A stretch of DNA of 64,000 bases from Octopus vulgaris (lineage: Eukaryota), in assembly GCA_951406725.2 (NCBI GenBank), contig OX597821.1, positions 8,742,001 through 8,806,000 of the forward strand, in the 5' to 3' direction. Position 1 is the first letter of the stretch; each line of letters opens with the position of its first letter. Both the position numbers and the translations under genes were made by a program. Under the pieces are notes generated by a model, which saw nothing but the letters and a program-made list of their open reading frames with translations, was not told the DNA's origin and searched no databases. This document shows positions 1 through 12,222 of the stretch, piece by piece.

Positions 1-942
1 CCTTTTCCTTGCCTCACAAACATCGCAGCAGTTTTCTTGGCGTGTCGTGCGTGTGTATACACGATCGCTGGACCATTAGAAATACCATGGAAATAACGTT
101 GCTGAAATGACGTGTGTCGGGGAATTGTAACGCTGGAAATAGTCCTCACTTCTTGTCTCTTCCTTCTACCACTGGTAATACACAACCACTACTACGTCAG
201 GAAACGCACCTCAAACCTCTCCCCCCATACTCTATCAGTCTTCATATTTCTCCCATTGTATCTAACAATCTAACTCACTCTCGCTCTCTTTCTCTCTCTC
301 TCTCTCTGTCTCTTTGTCGCTCTCTCTGACTCTCTCTGCCATCCCCCTCTCCTTCCCCCATCTCTCACTGCTTTTTTCTTACTTTCCTGACTTTTTCCAA
401 TCGACAACAACATTATCGGTGGATTTTATTTAATTTTTTTTTCTGTATTGAAATTCTTCTAGTTTTATTTTCCACGTTCTTTTTTTGTTTTTTTCTCGCG
501 GGATTTTTGCTCTGTGAAGGAGAAAGGTAGATAAACAGACAAACATACTAACAGTCAGACAGACAGACGGACAGACAAATAAATAGAGAGATAGATAGAC
601 ACATAGATTGATAAATACAGAATCTGAGAGAGGGAGAAAGAGAGAGAGAAAGAAAGAAGGAGGGAGGGAGCGTGTTAGAGTTATTTCGGCGCGTGTACAA
701 GTGAGACAATTTAATGTAGGCGATCGATCGCTTGCTACCTTCTGCCAACAACAATAACTATAACAAGAACAAGAACAAGAACGGCAACAACAACAGCAAC
801 AACAACAATTACAACAGCAACACATTTCATATTAGAAAGTTGTAGAAACTAATTCACTTGCAATAACTTGTTCCTATTCACTCACGTGCTTATCCGTAAA
901 AGAGCGAAATCTGTTATTGCTTTTTGGGCCTGACGTTTTAAC

Positions 943-1036
<94 letters not shown>

Positions 1037-1665
1037 CATTGCTTTTTCCTCTATACTAAATTTTATCCATCGTTCCTCTAATTTTTTTTTTCAATAACAT
1101 AGAACATTTTTATTTATATATTTTTTTCCGGAAACACAAATATACTCACACATACTTATAGACAATGACGCACACGCGTGCGCAGCACTGACACACACCC
1201 ACAAACAGATACACACATACATATACGTACACATATACACACGTATTGATTTTGTACAATTAACTTTTATTAGTGCTGTGTATAAAACCAGGGAAAATTG
1301 TATTTTCGTTCGCATTTAAAAAAATAGACGTATAAACATATAAAAAAAACAAGTCCATATAAAAAAAGACAACCAAAATTCCACCTCTCACCCCAAAAAA
1401 ACAAAGTGCATAAAATACAAGCAATTAAACAAAGACCAGCATCAGTTAATATAAGTTAATAAATGTCAAGTAAGTAAAAAGTATAATTTAATAAACAGTT
1501 GATAATATTAACTGTTGAAAATATAGAGAATGGACAATATTACAACAGCTACTAAATAGTTACAATAACAAAGCAAAAACGCGTGTTCGCACACATACAC
1601 ACATATATACACACATATATCTATATATATTTACATATACTTACATCTCTCTCTTTCTCTCTCTA

Positions 1666-1748
<83 letters not shown>

Positions 1749-2250
1749 ATAGATTCAAGTATTATGGTTTCTCTGGTAGACCCTTTTTTTAAGTAGAAGA
1801 AATGGCTTAGATTTTGGCTGCTATTTCTGAACATCGGTATGTGGTGATGCATTTCTTTTGCTGACCCCTCAATATTACTATTACTAGAATTTACCGTATA
1901 ACGGTCCTGTTTTCATACCGAATTCTACGTGGTGAAATTTATTGATTACTTCGTAATTAATTAGTTTTACCCTTAATTGCTATATATATATATGTATATA
2001 TAATATACTCATACATATACATACACAAACATACACGCACAGACGCGCGCACACGCACAGACAGACACACACACAGACACAGAGTCCATGCATACATAGT
2101 GCCATTCCTCCTGGAGAACAGCAGCAGTTTCTTCTTCGCTCCGTTTCTTGCCAAAGAAGTTTACAGCGAAGTTTTCTCCGCTCGTTTATCGTCGAAATTG
2201 CGAAAAGGAGAAAAGGAAAAAAAAACAAACTTTTGTCGCTAACTTGATAT
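1..2250 (-). other. Candidate 5' UTR exons / 5' end of an unidentified host gene running off the left edge
   Basis: Minus strand shows an acceptor TTTCTCCTTCACAG| at 512, a donor CAC|GTGAGT at 885, a possible acceptor at 930 after a (GT)n tract and a possible donor GTATGC at 2095. There are CpG-retaining unique patches at 1-210, 670-740 and 2130-2240, and a possible ATG at 23 (MFVRQGK...) open to the edge. No homology recognised. Confidence 0.3.
944..1032. repeat. (CA)n microsatellite
   Basis: Pure dinucleotide tract. Confidence 0.98.
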
Positions 2251-2552
2251 ATTATTTATCAATCTACCGCCAGCCAGGATATATAATTAACTGTTTATGT
2301 ATATATGTATATATATTTATACACATACGTATACTTGTAAGATATAGCTATTTTAAATTATATTTATATATAAATACATATATATATATATATATATATA
2401 CATATATAATTTAAAATCTACGACTTGTTTGCCTTTCAAAAGATGGCACTTTCAAACTTTGTTCAGCTAACGTGGACTTGTCTTGCAATGGGGATTTTCC
2501 TTCATGTAAGTATTACTTTTATGTTATTAAGCTAAATAATTTCTCTATCATA

Positions 2553-2721
2553 GGCGCAGGAGCGGCTGTGTGGTAAGTAGCTTGTTTACCAACCACATGG
2601 TTCCGGGTTCAGTCCCACTGCGTGGCACCTTGGGTAAGTGTCTTCTACTATAGCCTCGGGCCGACCAAAGCCTTGTGTGTGGATTTGGTAGACGGAAACT
2701 GAAAGAAGCCCGTCGTTCCCG

Positions 2722-2786
<65 letters not shown>

Positions 2787-2985
2787 TGTGTCTGTGTTTG
2801 TCCCCCTTGACAACCGATGCTGGTGTGTTTATGTCCCCGTTACTTAGTGGTTCGGCAAAAGATACCGATAGAATAAGTACTGGGCTTACAAAAGAATAAG
2901 TCCCGGGGTCGAGTTGCTCGATTAAAGGCGGTGCTCCAGCATGGCCGCAGTCAAATGACTGAAACAAGTAAAAGAGTAAAAGAGA
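2553..2985 (+). mobile_element. tRNA-derived SINE family A (CORE-like domain), full length, with internal (TA)n(TG)n
   Basis: Head GGCGCAGGAGCGGCTGTGTGGTAAG (A box) and GGTTCAGTCCC (B box), CORE-like CACCTTGGGTAAGTGTCTTC, tail (GTAAAAGA)n. Many homologous copies in the window. Confidence 0.9.
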
Positions 2986-3369
2986 ATATCTGCCACCACC
3001 CCCGCCGCCGCCGCCGCCGCCACCACCACCACCACCACCACCACCACCAAGAAGAAGAATACCAACCCCCACCGGCACCAACAACAACAAAACCAGCAAT
3101 AGCAACAACAACATTAACCACAAGCACAAAACAAGTAGAACTCCAACACTTTCGGCCCCACGACCATTTCCACTACCACGACCATTTCCACGGCTGCCAC
3201 GACTTCAACCCAACCATTACAACAACCATCATCCCCCTTTTCCCGTTATCTCACACTACATGTATTTTATTCTGTTGTATTGTTATGATTGTTTCCTTTT
3301 TGCTCTTGTAGCAAAACATGAAAGAATGAAAAAAACAAAATGAAAATGTTGTTTTGCTTAAAATCAGAA

Positions 3370-3541
3370 TTCTTCTTCTTCTTCTTCTTCTTCTTCTTCT
3401 TCTTCTTCTTCTTCTTCTTCTTCTTCTTCTTCTTCTTCTTCTTCTTCTTCTTCTTCTTCTTCTTCTTCTTCTTCTTCTTCTTCTTCTTCTTCTTCTTCTT
3501 CTTCTTCTTCTTCTTCTTCTTCTTCTTCTTTTTCTTCTTTC

Positions 3542-3572
<31 letters not shown>

Positions 3573-3665
3573 CCTATCCCCTCCTCCTCCTCCTCTTTCT
3601 TCTTCATATTCTTCTTCTTCTTCTTCTTCTTCTTATTATTATTATTATTAACAACAACAACAACT
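3370..3665. repeat. (TTC)n then (ATT)n/(AAC)n compound microsatellite
   Basis: Direct inspection; source of the poly-F/L/R ORFs. Confidence 0.97.
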
Positions 3666-3671
3666 ACAAGA

Positions 3672-3862
3672 ACTCTTTCTAAGATAGGCACAAGGCCTGA
3701 AATTCGTGGGAGGGTCTAGTCGATTACATCGAATCCAGTGTATAACTGGTACTTAGTTAATCGGTCTCGAAAGTATGAAAGGCAAAGACGACTTCGGTAT
3801 AATTTGAAGTTATAGCGTAAAGACGAATGAAATATTGCTAACAATTTTGCCCGCTGTGCTTA
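3672..3862 (-). mobile_element. SINE family B (older variant), degenerate
   Basis: Reverse complement matches GTCGACTTTGCCTTTCATCCTTTCGGGGTCGAT...AAGTACCAG...GATGTAATCGAC seen in other copies. Confidence 0.75.
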
Positions 3863-3925
3863 AAAAGATAAAAAGAAAACATGTTTATAGAAGGCTAAAG
3901 AATCAACTTTGAATAGACTTCATGC

Positions 3926-4130
3926 TCTTTTGATCTTTTATTTGTTTCAGTCAATTGACTGCGGACATTTTGGTACACCGCCTTTAGTCAAACAAAGTGA
4001 CACCAGAACTTATTCTTTGTAATCCTAGTCCTTATTCTATCGCCATCTTTTGCCGAACCGCTAAGTTACAGGGACGGAAATGCACCAACATTGTTTGTCA
4101 AATAGTGGTGGGCGGACAAACACAGACACA

Positions 4131-4197
<67 letters not shown>

Positions 4198-4371
4198 ACA
4201 CATACGACGGGCTTCTTTCTGTTTCCGTCTACCAAATCCACTCACAAGGCTTTGGTCGGCCCAAGGCTATAGCCCAAGGCTACATGCCCAAGGTTCCACG
4301 CGGTGGGACTGAACCCGGAACCATGTAGTTAGTGAGCAAGCTACTTACCACACAGCCATTCCTGCGCGCCT
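3926..4371 (-). mobile_element. SINE family A, full length
   Basis: Reverse-complement homologue of 2553-2985 with internal (CA)n. Confidence 0.9.
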
Positions 4372-4592
4372 ATGAGTTCCTGTGAAGAGTTGAAACGCGT
4401 TCATCAGGAAGTATCCTCATCCACTCATACGAATATAAAGTTTCTACTTTCAGCTTAAATGCCATTACTCAAATTTGTAATTGCAACAAATGTGGATAAT
4501 ATAACTAATATAACTGAGGGAAATCCCGTCTGCCCTTTATTTTAAATATCCTTATATTTATTATTGTTGTTGTTGTTGCTATTATTATTATT

Positions 4593-5100
4593 GGGTGACA
4601 AAGCAGTGAATGCCATCAAAGTGACATTGGGGAAAAATATACGAAGCCCAGTATACCCATCATGACTACCCGTCTGATAAGGGTACAATAGGCATATGCA
4701 TCACAACCATATGTACGCGACATGTTGATCCCATACAAAGATAAACAATCCATGACCTTGCAGGTGGGGCCCAGTTAGAATTTGCTCCAGGTCGAGTAGC
4801 CCATTCTGCTCAAAGGGTCCCTGAATAAGGTTTATGAACCAGACACCCAATGATTCCAGAGGTGAATTATTAAAACTCCAAAGAATTCCTCTCAACACAG
4901 CTATAATGCTGCCCCACAACCTCTGCTCGTGATCAGAGATGCACATATCGTCAGCCATCAAAAGACATGCTCAACTATTGAGCAGAATATTTGCTGTAGC
5001 CCATCTTTTATACCAAGACAAAACAATGTACATGATAACACTTCCAATCAGTTAAGATCAGAAGCTATGTGAGCCAGAGCCAGGTACTGCTTCAGGACAT
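4593..5100 (-). mobile_element. Interspersed repeat family C (probable 3' end of a non-LTR element), copy 1
   Basis: Clearly homologous to 13159-13634 and 54076-54570. The shared left end abuts an (ATT)n tract, i.e. a (TAA)n tail on the minus strand. The strand is inferred from that tail. Confidence 0.75.
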
Positions 5101-5227
5101 TTCTTCTTCTTCTTCTTCTTCTTCTTCTTCTTCTTCTTCTTCTTCTTCTTCTTCTTCTTCTTCTTCTTCTTCTTCTCCTTCTTCTTCTTTTTCTTCTTCT
5201 TCTTCTTCTTTCACTTCTTCTTCTTTC

Positions 5228-5258
<31 letters not shown>

Positions 5259-5332
5259 TTTCTTCTACTTCTTTTTTTTTCTTCCACTTCTTCTTCTTTT
5301 CTTCTTCTTTTTCTTCTTCCACTTCTTCTTCC

Positions 5333-5363
<31 letters not shown>

Positions 5364-5391
5364 CTTCTTCTTCTTCTTCTTCTTCTTCTTC

Positions 5392-5423
<32 letters not shown>

Positions 5424-5508
5424 CTTCTTCTTCTTCTTCTTCTTCTTCTTCTTCTTCTTCTTCTTCTTCTTCTTCTTCTTCTTCTTCTTCTTCTTCTTCT
5501 TCTTCTTC
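5101..5508. repeat. (TCT)n microsatellite
   Basis: Direct inspection; source of the poly-S/E ORFs. Confidence 0.97.
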
Positions 5509-5700
5509 AGGCGGTGAGTTAGCAAGAACGTCTGGACGCCGCAAAAATACTTAGCAGTGTTTCGTCCGTCTTTACGCCGAGGTCGATAATGTCTTTCATC
5601 CCTATGGGATCGATAATATAAATATCAGTTGAGTAACGGTATCAATGTAATCGACTCACCCCCTCTCCCAAAATTTCAGGCGTTGAGCCAATAGTAGGAT
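5509..5700 (+). mobile_element. SINE family B (older variant) followed by (ATT)n
   Basis: GGCGGTGAGTTAGCAAGAACGT head, GCCGAGGTCGA..TTTCATCC core, AAAATTTCAGGC...TAGTAGGATT tail. Confidence 0.75.
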
Positions 5701-5712
5701 TATTATTATTGA

Positions 5713-5776
<64 letters not shown>

Positions 5777-5977
5777 ATTATTATTAATAATATTATTATT
5801 ATTATTATTATTACTATGAAAATTTCTGCGGTAGTTTTACGCGTATTTCCACAACACCATCTTATGCACCTCGGTGATTCTGAAACGTGTGTGACATTTA
5901 CTTATGTTTGTGGGGCTTGGAGGAGTGAACGGCACAATATTTTTATTTTGTGATTATTATTGTTGTTGTTGTTGTTA

Positions 5978-6041
<64 letters not shown>

Positions 6042-6089
6042 CATTATTATTATTATTATTATTATTATCATTATTATTATTATTATTAC

Positions 6090-7250
6090 ATTTCAATCTT
6101 GTAAATCTCAGCCCCCTAAATGTTAAACTGTCTCAGTTAGGGAGCAGTCAACAAGTTGACAAAGGTCCCTTACTTCTTCCTCTCTCGTACCTTGTACAGA
6201 CATGACTTCTCTTAAAATCTTTCTATGTCAAGAAGTAGACTTCTGCATGACCTGCAACCTTGAATCAACTCCTATTATATTTACCCACCCCTTCAAACTG
6301 TCCGACATATATCTCAATGTTCCGATCATCACTGGAACCACTAGAACATTCGTCATCTGCCACAACCTTCCAGTCCCCTATTTCAATGGCTCATCCGTCT
6401 CCATGTCTTCATGCTCTTTATCTTTCACTCTAGTATCTCGTGAGAGAGACATATGAAAAGTTTGAGCCTCTTTTCCTTTCTTGTCATTATTAAATTATCT
6501 TTATTCGTACTGCGGAACATCACTGGACTACTGAGTGCAGCTTTGTTTACTTTATGTCCTGGATTTATTTTTATTGTATTAAAAGTATCCTACGTAATAT
6601 GTGTACGACCCCTACCATTTCTATGTGATGCATATTTATAAGTCATATGGGTTATGATCTTGTATTTGTCTCATTGATAATTGTTTCCACTTTGGGTTGA
6701 GATCTTGTATTTGGTAAATATTTCTGCAAATGGGTTGTGGTCTTTTATTTGTCCCATGATAATTATTTCTGCTTTTACGCTCTCCATTTTGGTTATTTCT
6801 ATTTTTAGATATTTAGATTTGTATGATTTCTACGTCTCTGTTAGAGTATCATACCAGCTTTTGTGATTGATACACAGTTTAGGAGCAATTTTTTTTTACT
6901 CTGGAAACCCTTGACCACAATATCTGGCTACCTATCCTAGATCTGCTTGTTTGTTTCTCTTGGCATATTTTATCTGTTATGGTTACTTTGACATTTTCCT
7001 AGACCTTTTCTGGTCTATATCATCTCTTTTCTATCGTTATATCGTAATGCTTGCATAACATCCAATGTTTGTTAGTTCCAACACAATGGAGGTATACCTT
7101 CTTGGTTCTTGGTTAAAAGTGGGCAATCATACATAATGCGGTTAATTGCTTCTTCCCCATTTCCACATCTACTGCAGCTACTTATTATATACTTCAAGTT
7201 TGCTTACTATACTTCATCATCTCCTTTTGGTTTATATTGGAGAAGATTTT
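6090..7250 (-). pseudogene. Decayed RLE-clade (R4/Dong-like) non-LTR retrotransposon fragment(s)
   Basis: Minus-strand translation near 6300-6400 gives ...RLWQMTNVLVVPVMIGTL..., matching the C-terminal RLE motif of the better preserved copy at 12311-12586. (TAA)n tail at 5950-6088. The distal part is very degenerate. Confidence 0.55.
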
Positions 7251-7274
7251 TGTTCCTGTTCCGCTATCAGGAGA

Positions 7275-7465
7275 CCTGGCGTTAGCGTGTCGAACAAAAT
7301 GCTTTCTACTGACTTTACATGGGGTTCAAATGTCACTTATGTCGACTTTACCTTTCATCCTACCACGCCCGATTAAATGAGTACCAGTTGACCCCTATTG
7401 TCGATGCAGTCGACTAGCTCCTTTCCCAAAAAGTTTCAAGGATTGTGCCTATAGCAGAAAGGATT
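7275..7465 (+). mobile_element. SINE family B (older variant)
   Basis: GTTCAAAT..GTCGACTTTACCTTTCATCC..GAGTACCAGTTGA..TTGTGCCTATAGCAGAAAGGATTATT. Confidence 0.75.
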
Positions 7466-7489
7466 ATTATTATTATCATTATCATTGAT

Positions 7490-8890
7490 TTGACTCAGGT
7501 TTGTTCTCATTCACGATAGAATTTCGGGTTGCTACCTGTAACCTTAGCTATCTACAAGCTTTCAATTATGTTTCAAGTGCGTCTTAATCTTTCCTGTCCC
7601 TAAGAGGTAAACCTTCTGTAAAAACTGTACAGGAAAGTCTATTCCAATGTCATTCAAACATTATTCTATACTTTTATACTTATAGTTCCCAATGCACCAA
7701 TTATTACAGACACAACTTTTATAGTTTTCATAGTCCATATTCTTGCAACTTTAAATTTTAAGCAATTTTATATTTTTTGGCTCTTCATCGTCTTTTTTTA
7801 TTTTTCCAATCCTGGAATCAAAAGGGCATGATGGATCAATTAGTAAGCAACTTCGCTTTTGCTTGTCTATTATTGTTATGTCTGGTCTGTTGTTTTCTTG
7901 CTTCTTATCTTTTTGAATAGGAAAATCTCATAGATTTTTTGCATTTCTCTGACTCTATTACCCTTCCGACCCGATGGTCATACCATGTGCTTCCAGCTTC
8001 AAATTCTCATTTCTAACAAAGCCTCCTGTATAAAAATTTCACAACCTTGTTATGCCTTTATTACTTATATTCTCCCAACGCCAACTTGGGACATCCTGCA
8101 ACAATGTCAGCCACTGTCTGAGTTTAAATTCCACAGACTTTACATTTTTCTGATACCTTCTCCCTACACAATAATTTCTCAAGTTGTTTGTTTTTATCGC
8201 GTGATATTGAGCTGCTATAATTAGGTGCTCTGTTTCTTTCTTTTAAATGCCCTTGCCTTAGCGAAGCCCAGGATTTTGTTACGCATGTATCCTCATTGTC
8301 TTTCCAAACTGACCATGCAAATGTTTCTCTTTAATCTATTTAACATGAATTCTTTTAATTTCATTCTTGCCCTTTTGTCTTATTCCACACTTGATTACCT
8401 GCTCTTTATTCACAGTCTTTAGTAATTTATCTCTGCTGTTCTATAAAGATTCTAGTTGGCTTTTCCTTTCCATCTGTACACACTCTTCATCAGCAATTAA
8501 AGCTCTACCACTCCAATCTCTCTTCATGTACAACCTATTTCTTTACTACCCACAAGGGGCTAAACACAGAGAGGACAAACAAGGACAGACAAACGGATAA
8601 AGTCAATTATATGGACCCCACTGTGTAACTGGTACTTATTTAATCGACCCCGAAAGGATGAAGGGCAAAGTCGACCTCGGCGGAATTTGAACACAGAACG
8701 TAGCAGCAGACGAAATACCGCTAAGCATTTCGCCCGGCGTGCTAACGATTCTGCTAGCTTGCCGCCTTCATGTACAACCAGTTGATATCAGCTTTCGGAC
8801 GATGGGCTCCATACATTGTCTACGGCTTCGGTTCAGTTTCTGAAAGTCGTCTTTGGTCCAGCCGACAATTCCAATTCCATATCTGATTAC
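7490..8890 (-). pseudogene. Decayed RLE-clade (R4/Dong-like) LINE 3' fragment, split by a SINE
   Basis: Minus-strand translation: zinc knuckle remnant KCKVCGI*TQTVADIVAGCPKL (about 8085-8150), endonuclease motif NNRPDITIIDKQKRSCLLIDPSCPFDSRI (about 7810-7895), and ARIWTMKTIKVVSVIIGALG (about 7690-7750). Stops and frameshifts present. Confidence 0.85.
8536..8766 (-). mobile_element. SINE family B (young variant), full length with 14-bp TSD
   Basis: Flanked by CTTCATGTACAACC at 8522-8535 and 8766-8779; near-identical to the copies at 17040, 23306 and 51197. Confidence 0.93.
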
Positions 8891-8892
8891 AA

Positions 8893-8973
<81 letters not shown>

Positions 8974-9039
8974 GTTATTATTATTATTGTAATTGTTGTA
9001 GTTGTAGTTGTTGTTGTTGTTGTTATTGATTTTGGAAAC

Positions 9040-9365
9040 GATTTTAATTATGTTCTCTGTCGTGCTACAAGTCGTAGTCTAAGATAACAAGCATTTCCCC
9101 TACCTACTCCTATTCAAGTCCTATTAGGTTCTTCACGTCTGTTCATACTTTGTAGTGAGAACTTTCTGGAAAAGTCTTAATCAAATAACAAGTGTTTCCG
9201 TACTGCACCCACTCCCAGATTAAGATTCATTTTTCCAAGATTTACTCCCAAATTATTTGCCTCATTTCCCAAAGCCGCGATGATAATTGGTAGAAACATG
9301 ATCTTGATTTCATAAAGATTTTGTTCCATTTCAGATTTTCATACTTGATGTCAGAGTATTTTGTC
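9040..9365 (-). pseudogene. RLE-clade LINE extreme 3' fragment
   Basis: Minus strand IKYENLKW...FLPIIIAALGN-like C-terminal motif, followed by the (AAC)n(AAT)n tail at 8893-9025. Confidence 0.55.
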
Positions 9366-9404
9366 GTTGGTGTTGATGTTGCTGGTGTTGATGATGTTGC
9401 TGAT

Positions 9405-9483
9405 CAGTTGTTGTTACAGTTGTTGTTGTTGTTGTTGTTGTTGTTGTTCTTCTTCTTCTTCTTCTTCTTCTTCTTCTTCTTTC

Positions 9484-9514
<31 letters not shown>

Positions 9515-9516
9515 TC

Positions 9517-9547
<31 letters not shown>

Positions 9548-9557
9548 CTTCTTCTTC

Positions 9558-9588
<31 letters not shown>

Positions 9589-9690
9589 CTTCTTCTTCTT
9601 CTTCTTCTTTCACTTCTTCTTCTTCTTCTTCTTTCACTTTTTCTTCTTCTTCTTCTTCTTCTTCTTCTTCTTCTTCTTCTTCTTCTTCTT
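9405..9690. repeat. (GTT)n(TCT)n compound microsatellite
   Basis: Direct inspection. Confidence 0.96.
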
Positions 9691-9899
9691 CTTTGTTCTC
9701 TCCTGGTCGATGAAATAAAGCACCAGGCAAGTACTGCACTCAATTTAATCGATTGTATCCCTACCCTGAAATCTGCAACCCTTTTACCAAAATTTGAAGC
9801 AATTATCAGTATTATATATCAATCAAATTCTATTTTGTGCTGCAATTTCAATATCCTTCAGCTTCTTAGGCAACAGTTTGCATGTTGTGTCAAATATAG

Positions 9900-11110
9900 C
9901 CATTACCACTCGAACAATTGTCGCCTTTGTCTTCTACAGTCTCTTCATCTCTATGTACTAATATTTTGTCATCTAAAATCACTTCATGGCTAGGTACTAA
10001 TATTTTTAAAGTTTCTATACGGGGCTGATATAATATGACTATTGACTGACATTTGTGGAACTACTGTGTTTTATTGGATATATTCTAAATATGCATATAT
10101 CTAGGTAAGCATTTGTAGGTCCGAGGTAAGAACTGGAAGAAAGCATTTGACTTTGATTCTGTCGGAATAATCAAAATTTGTGTGCTGGGTATCCTACGCC
10201 TTTTGTCATCATTTTAGGAACAATCCTTGTTATTTCTATATTGCTTTTTGAAACACTCAAAGACTCACACACACACATACTTTTACCATATAAAAGCTTT
10301 ATTCTTCTGCTTTTCATATCTGTTCTTATTTCGCATTAAAAACTTTCAGGATAATTCTTGCTGCGCCTAGTAGGCATCTTTCCGCACTGCTTCCACTCTC
10401 AGATTAATATCAAATTTTTGACGATCATTACTTAACTTTTTTCTTACTATATTGGAGGTTCTCAAACTTGAAAATACTTTGATTTTTCTTTCCAGTTTTT
10501 TTCTTGTTATTCTTTTATCAAATGAGGATACCACGTTGATTACAATATATACATTCATCATATCATTCTTTAAAATATCTAGACTGATCTGTTCTATTTA
10601 TATTTCGATTTGTAAAGGAGCGTCCCATAACAACATGATGTCAGCGTTTTCTTGTGCGTTTTAGTCAGTCCTTCCATCCATGCGACGCCATATTTGTTGC
10701 TGAATTTCTTGAGAATTATTGCAGCAGTTTAATTATGTTTACAGTTTTTATATTTCTTCGGAGATAGCAGTAAAAATTTCGATGCAATATAAGTTATAGC
10801 CTCAACTGAGTCATTCCACATTCTATAATTTGGTAAACTTTATCCTTCTTATCCTATTTACTCTTAGGCCCTGTTCCTGTGTTGTCGAAATCATTACGAC
10901 AGTCACTTCAACATTTCTTTCTTTAAACCAAAGCCAGCTCTCTTTATCATCATTGATCTGTTTTGCATTTTGGGAAAAACTCTGAGTTTTATATTTTGGA
11001 AAAAACTCCAAGTTTTATATTCTTCTAATCTACATTTTCCAGTTTATATTTGTGGGTTTTGCAAATTCTGTAAATAGTCTCCGGACAAATTTTCTTTTAC
11101 GTGTCAATAT
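9900..11110 (-). pseudogene. Highly decayed non-LTR retrotransposon ORF remnant (region N-terminal to RT)
   Basis: Lys/Arg-rich broken minus-strand frames (e.g. KRITRKKLERKIK) in the same orientation as the neighbouring RLE-LINE pieces; motifs are weak. Confidence 0.35.
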
Positions 11111-11159
11111 CCTTTAGCTCATCCATCCTCCGCCGGGTAAAATGCTTAACGGTATGTTA

Positions 11160-11742
11160 AGGCGACGAGCTGGCAGAAACGTTAGCACGCCGGGCGAAAT
11201 GCTTAGCGGTATTTCGTCTGCGTTACGTTGTGAGTTCAAATTCCGCCGAGGTCGACTTTGCCTTTCATCCTTTCGGGGTCAATAAATTAAGTACTAGTTA
11301 CGCACTGGGGTCGATGTAATCGACTTAATACATATGTCTGTCCTTGTTTGTCCCCTCTGTGTTTATCCCCTTGTGGGTAATAAAGAAATAGGTATTTCGT
11401 CTGCGTTACGTTGTGAGTTCAAATTCCGCCGAGGTCGACTTTGCCTTTCATCCTTTCGGGGTCAATAAATTAAGTACTAGTTACGCACTGGGGTCGATGT
11501 AATCGACTTAATACATATGTCTGTCCTTGTTTGTCCCCTCTGTGTTCATCCCCTTGTGGGTAATAAAGAAATAGGTATTTCGGCCATCTTTACGTTCTGA
11601 GTTCAAATTTCGCCGAGGTCGACTTTGTCTCTCATCCTTTCGGAGTCGATAAATGAAGTACCAGTTGAGTACTGAGGTCGATGTAATCGACTTAACTCCT
11701 CCCGCCAAATTTCAAGCCTTGTACCTATAGTAGAAAGGATTC
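11160..11742 (+). mobile_element. SINE family B concatemer: young SINE with an exact-length 183-bp tandem duplication, nested in an older family B copy
   Basis: Units start with GGTATTTCG at 11208, 11391 and 11574. Units 1 and 2 differ by about 1 nt; the third body has the older tail. The head remnant of the older copy is at about 11130-11158. Confidence 0.92.
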
Positions 11743-11744
11743 TT

Positions 11745-12049
11745 CTTGAGAATTTTGCTAGTCTCCTGCTTTGCCATTCTTTGCGGTTTGTGCTCATACC
11801 ACGTCTTGTCTCTCTCTATACCCCACTTTTCGCACAGTTTCCAATGTAGTGCTTTTGCTATCTGGTCGTATCGCCAAAACTTGTAGTGGTTTTGGGCAAC
11901 TCAAGGGTATTCGTTCGTGAAATAGGCAATGGTTCCATCCACTCTGTTGCAGATGCGGCACAGCAGAGACACATGCTCATTTGTCAGGTTGATCCTCCAG
12001 TCCGTGGCTAGAGGTTGGTTCTGTGCTGCCAGTATAGCGACCAGGGTCT

Positions 12050-12050
<1 letters not shown>
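11745..12050 (-). pseudogene. RLE-clade LINE fragment (zinc-knuckle region)
   Basis: ETLVAILAAQNQPLAT...LCRICNRVDGTI...YDQIAKALHWKLCEKWG...WYEHKP, typical AAQxQxL / CCHC / HW motifs. Confidence 0.8.

Positions 12051-12222
<172 letters not shown>

Noticed and set aside
4375-4412. Hammerhead-like words (GAAACGCGTT on plus, CTGATGA on minus)
   Set aside because: The two core halves are on opposite strands and no stem II can be formed
2931-5554. His-rich, poly-R, poly-F/L, poly-S and poly-E ORFs
   Set aside because: All derive from trinucleotide microsatellites and SINE tails
11208-11742. CRISPR-like or regularly spaced repeat array
   Set aside because: Units are whole 183-bp SINE bodies with no unique spacers; eukaryotic context and no cas genes
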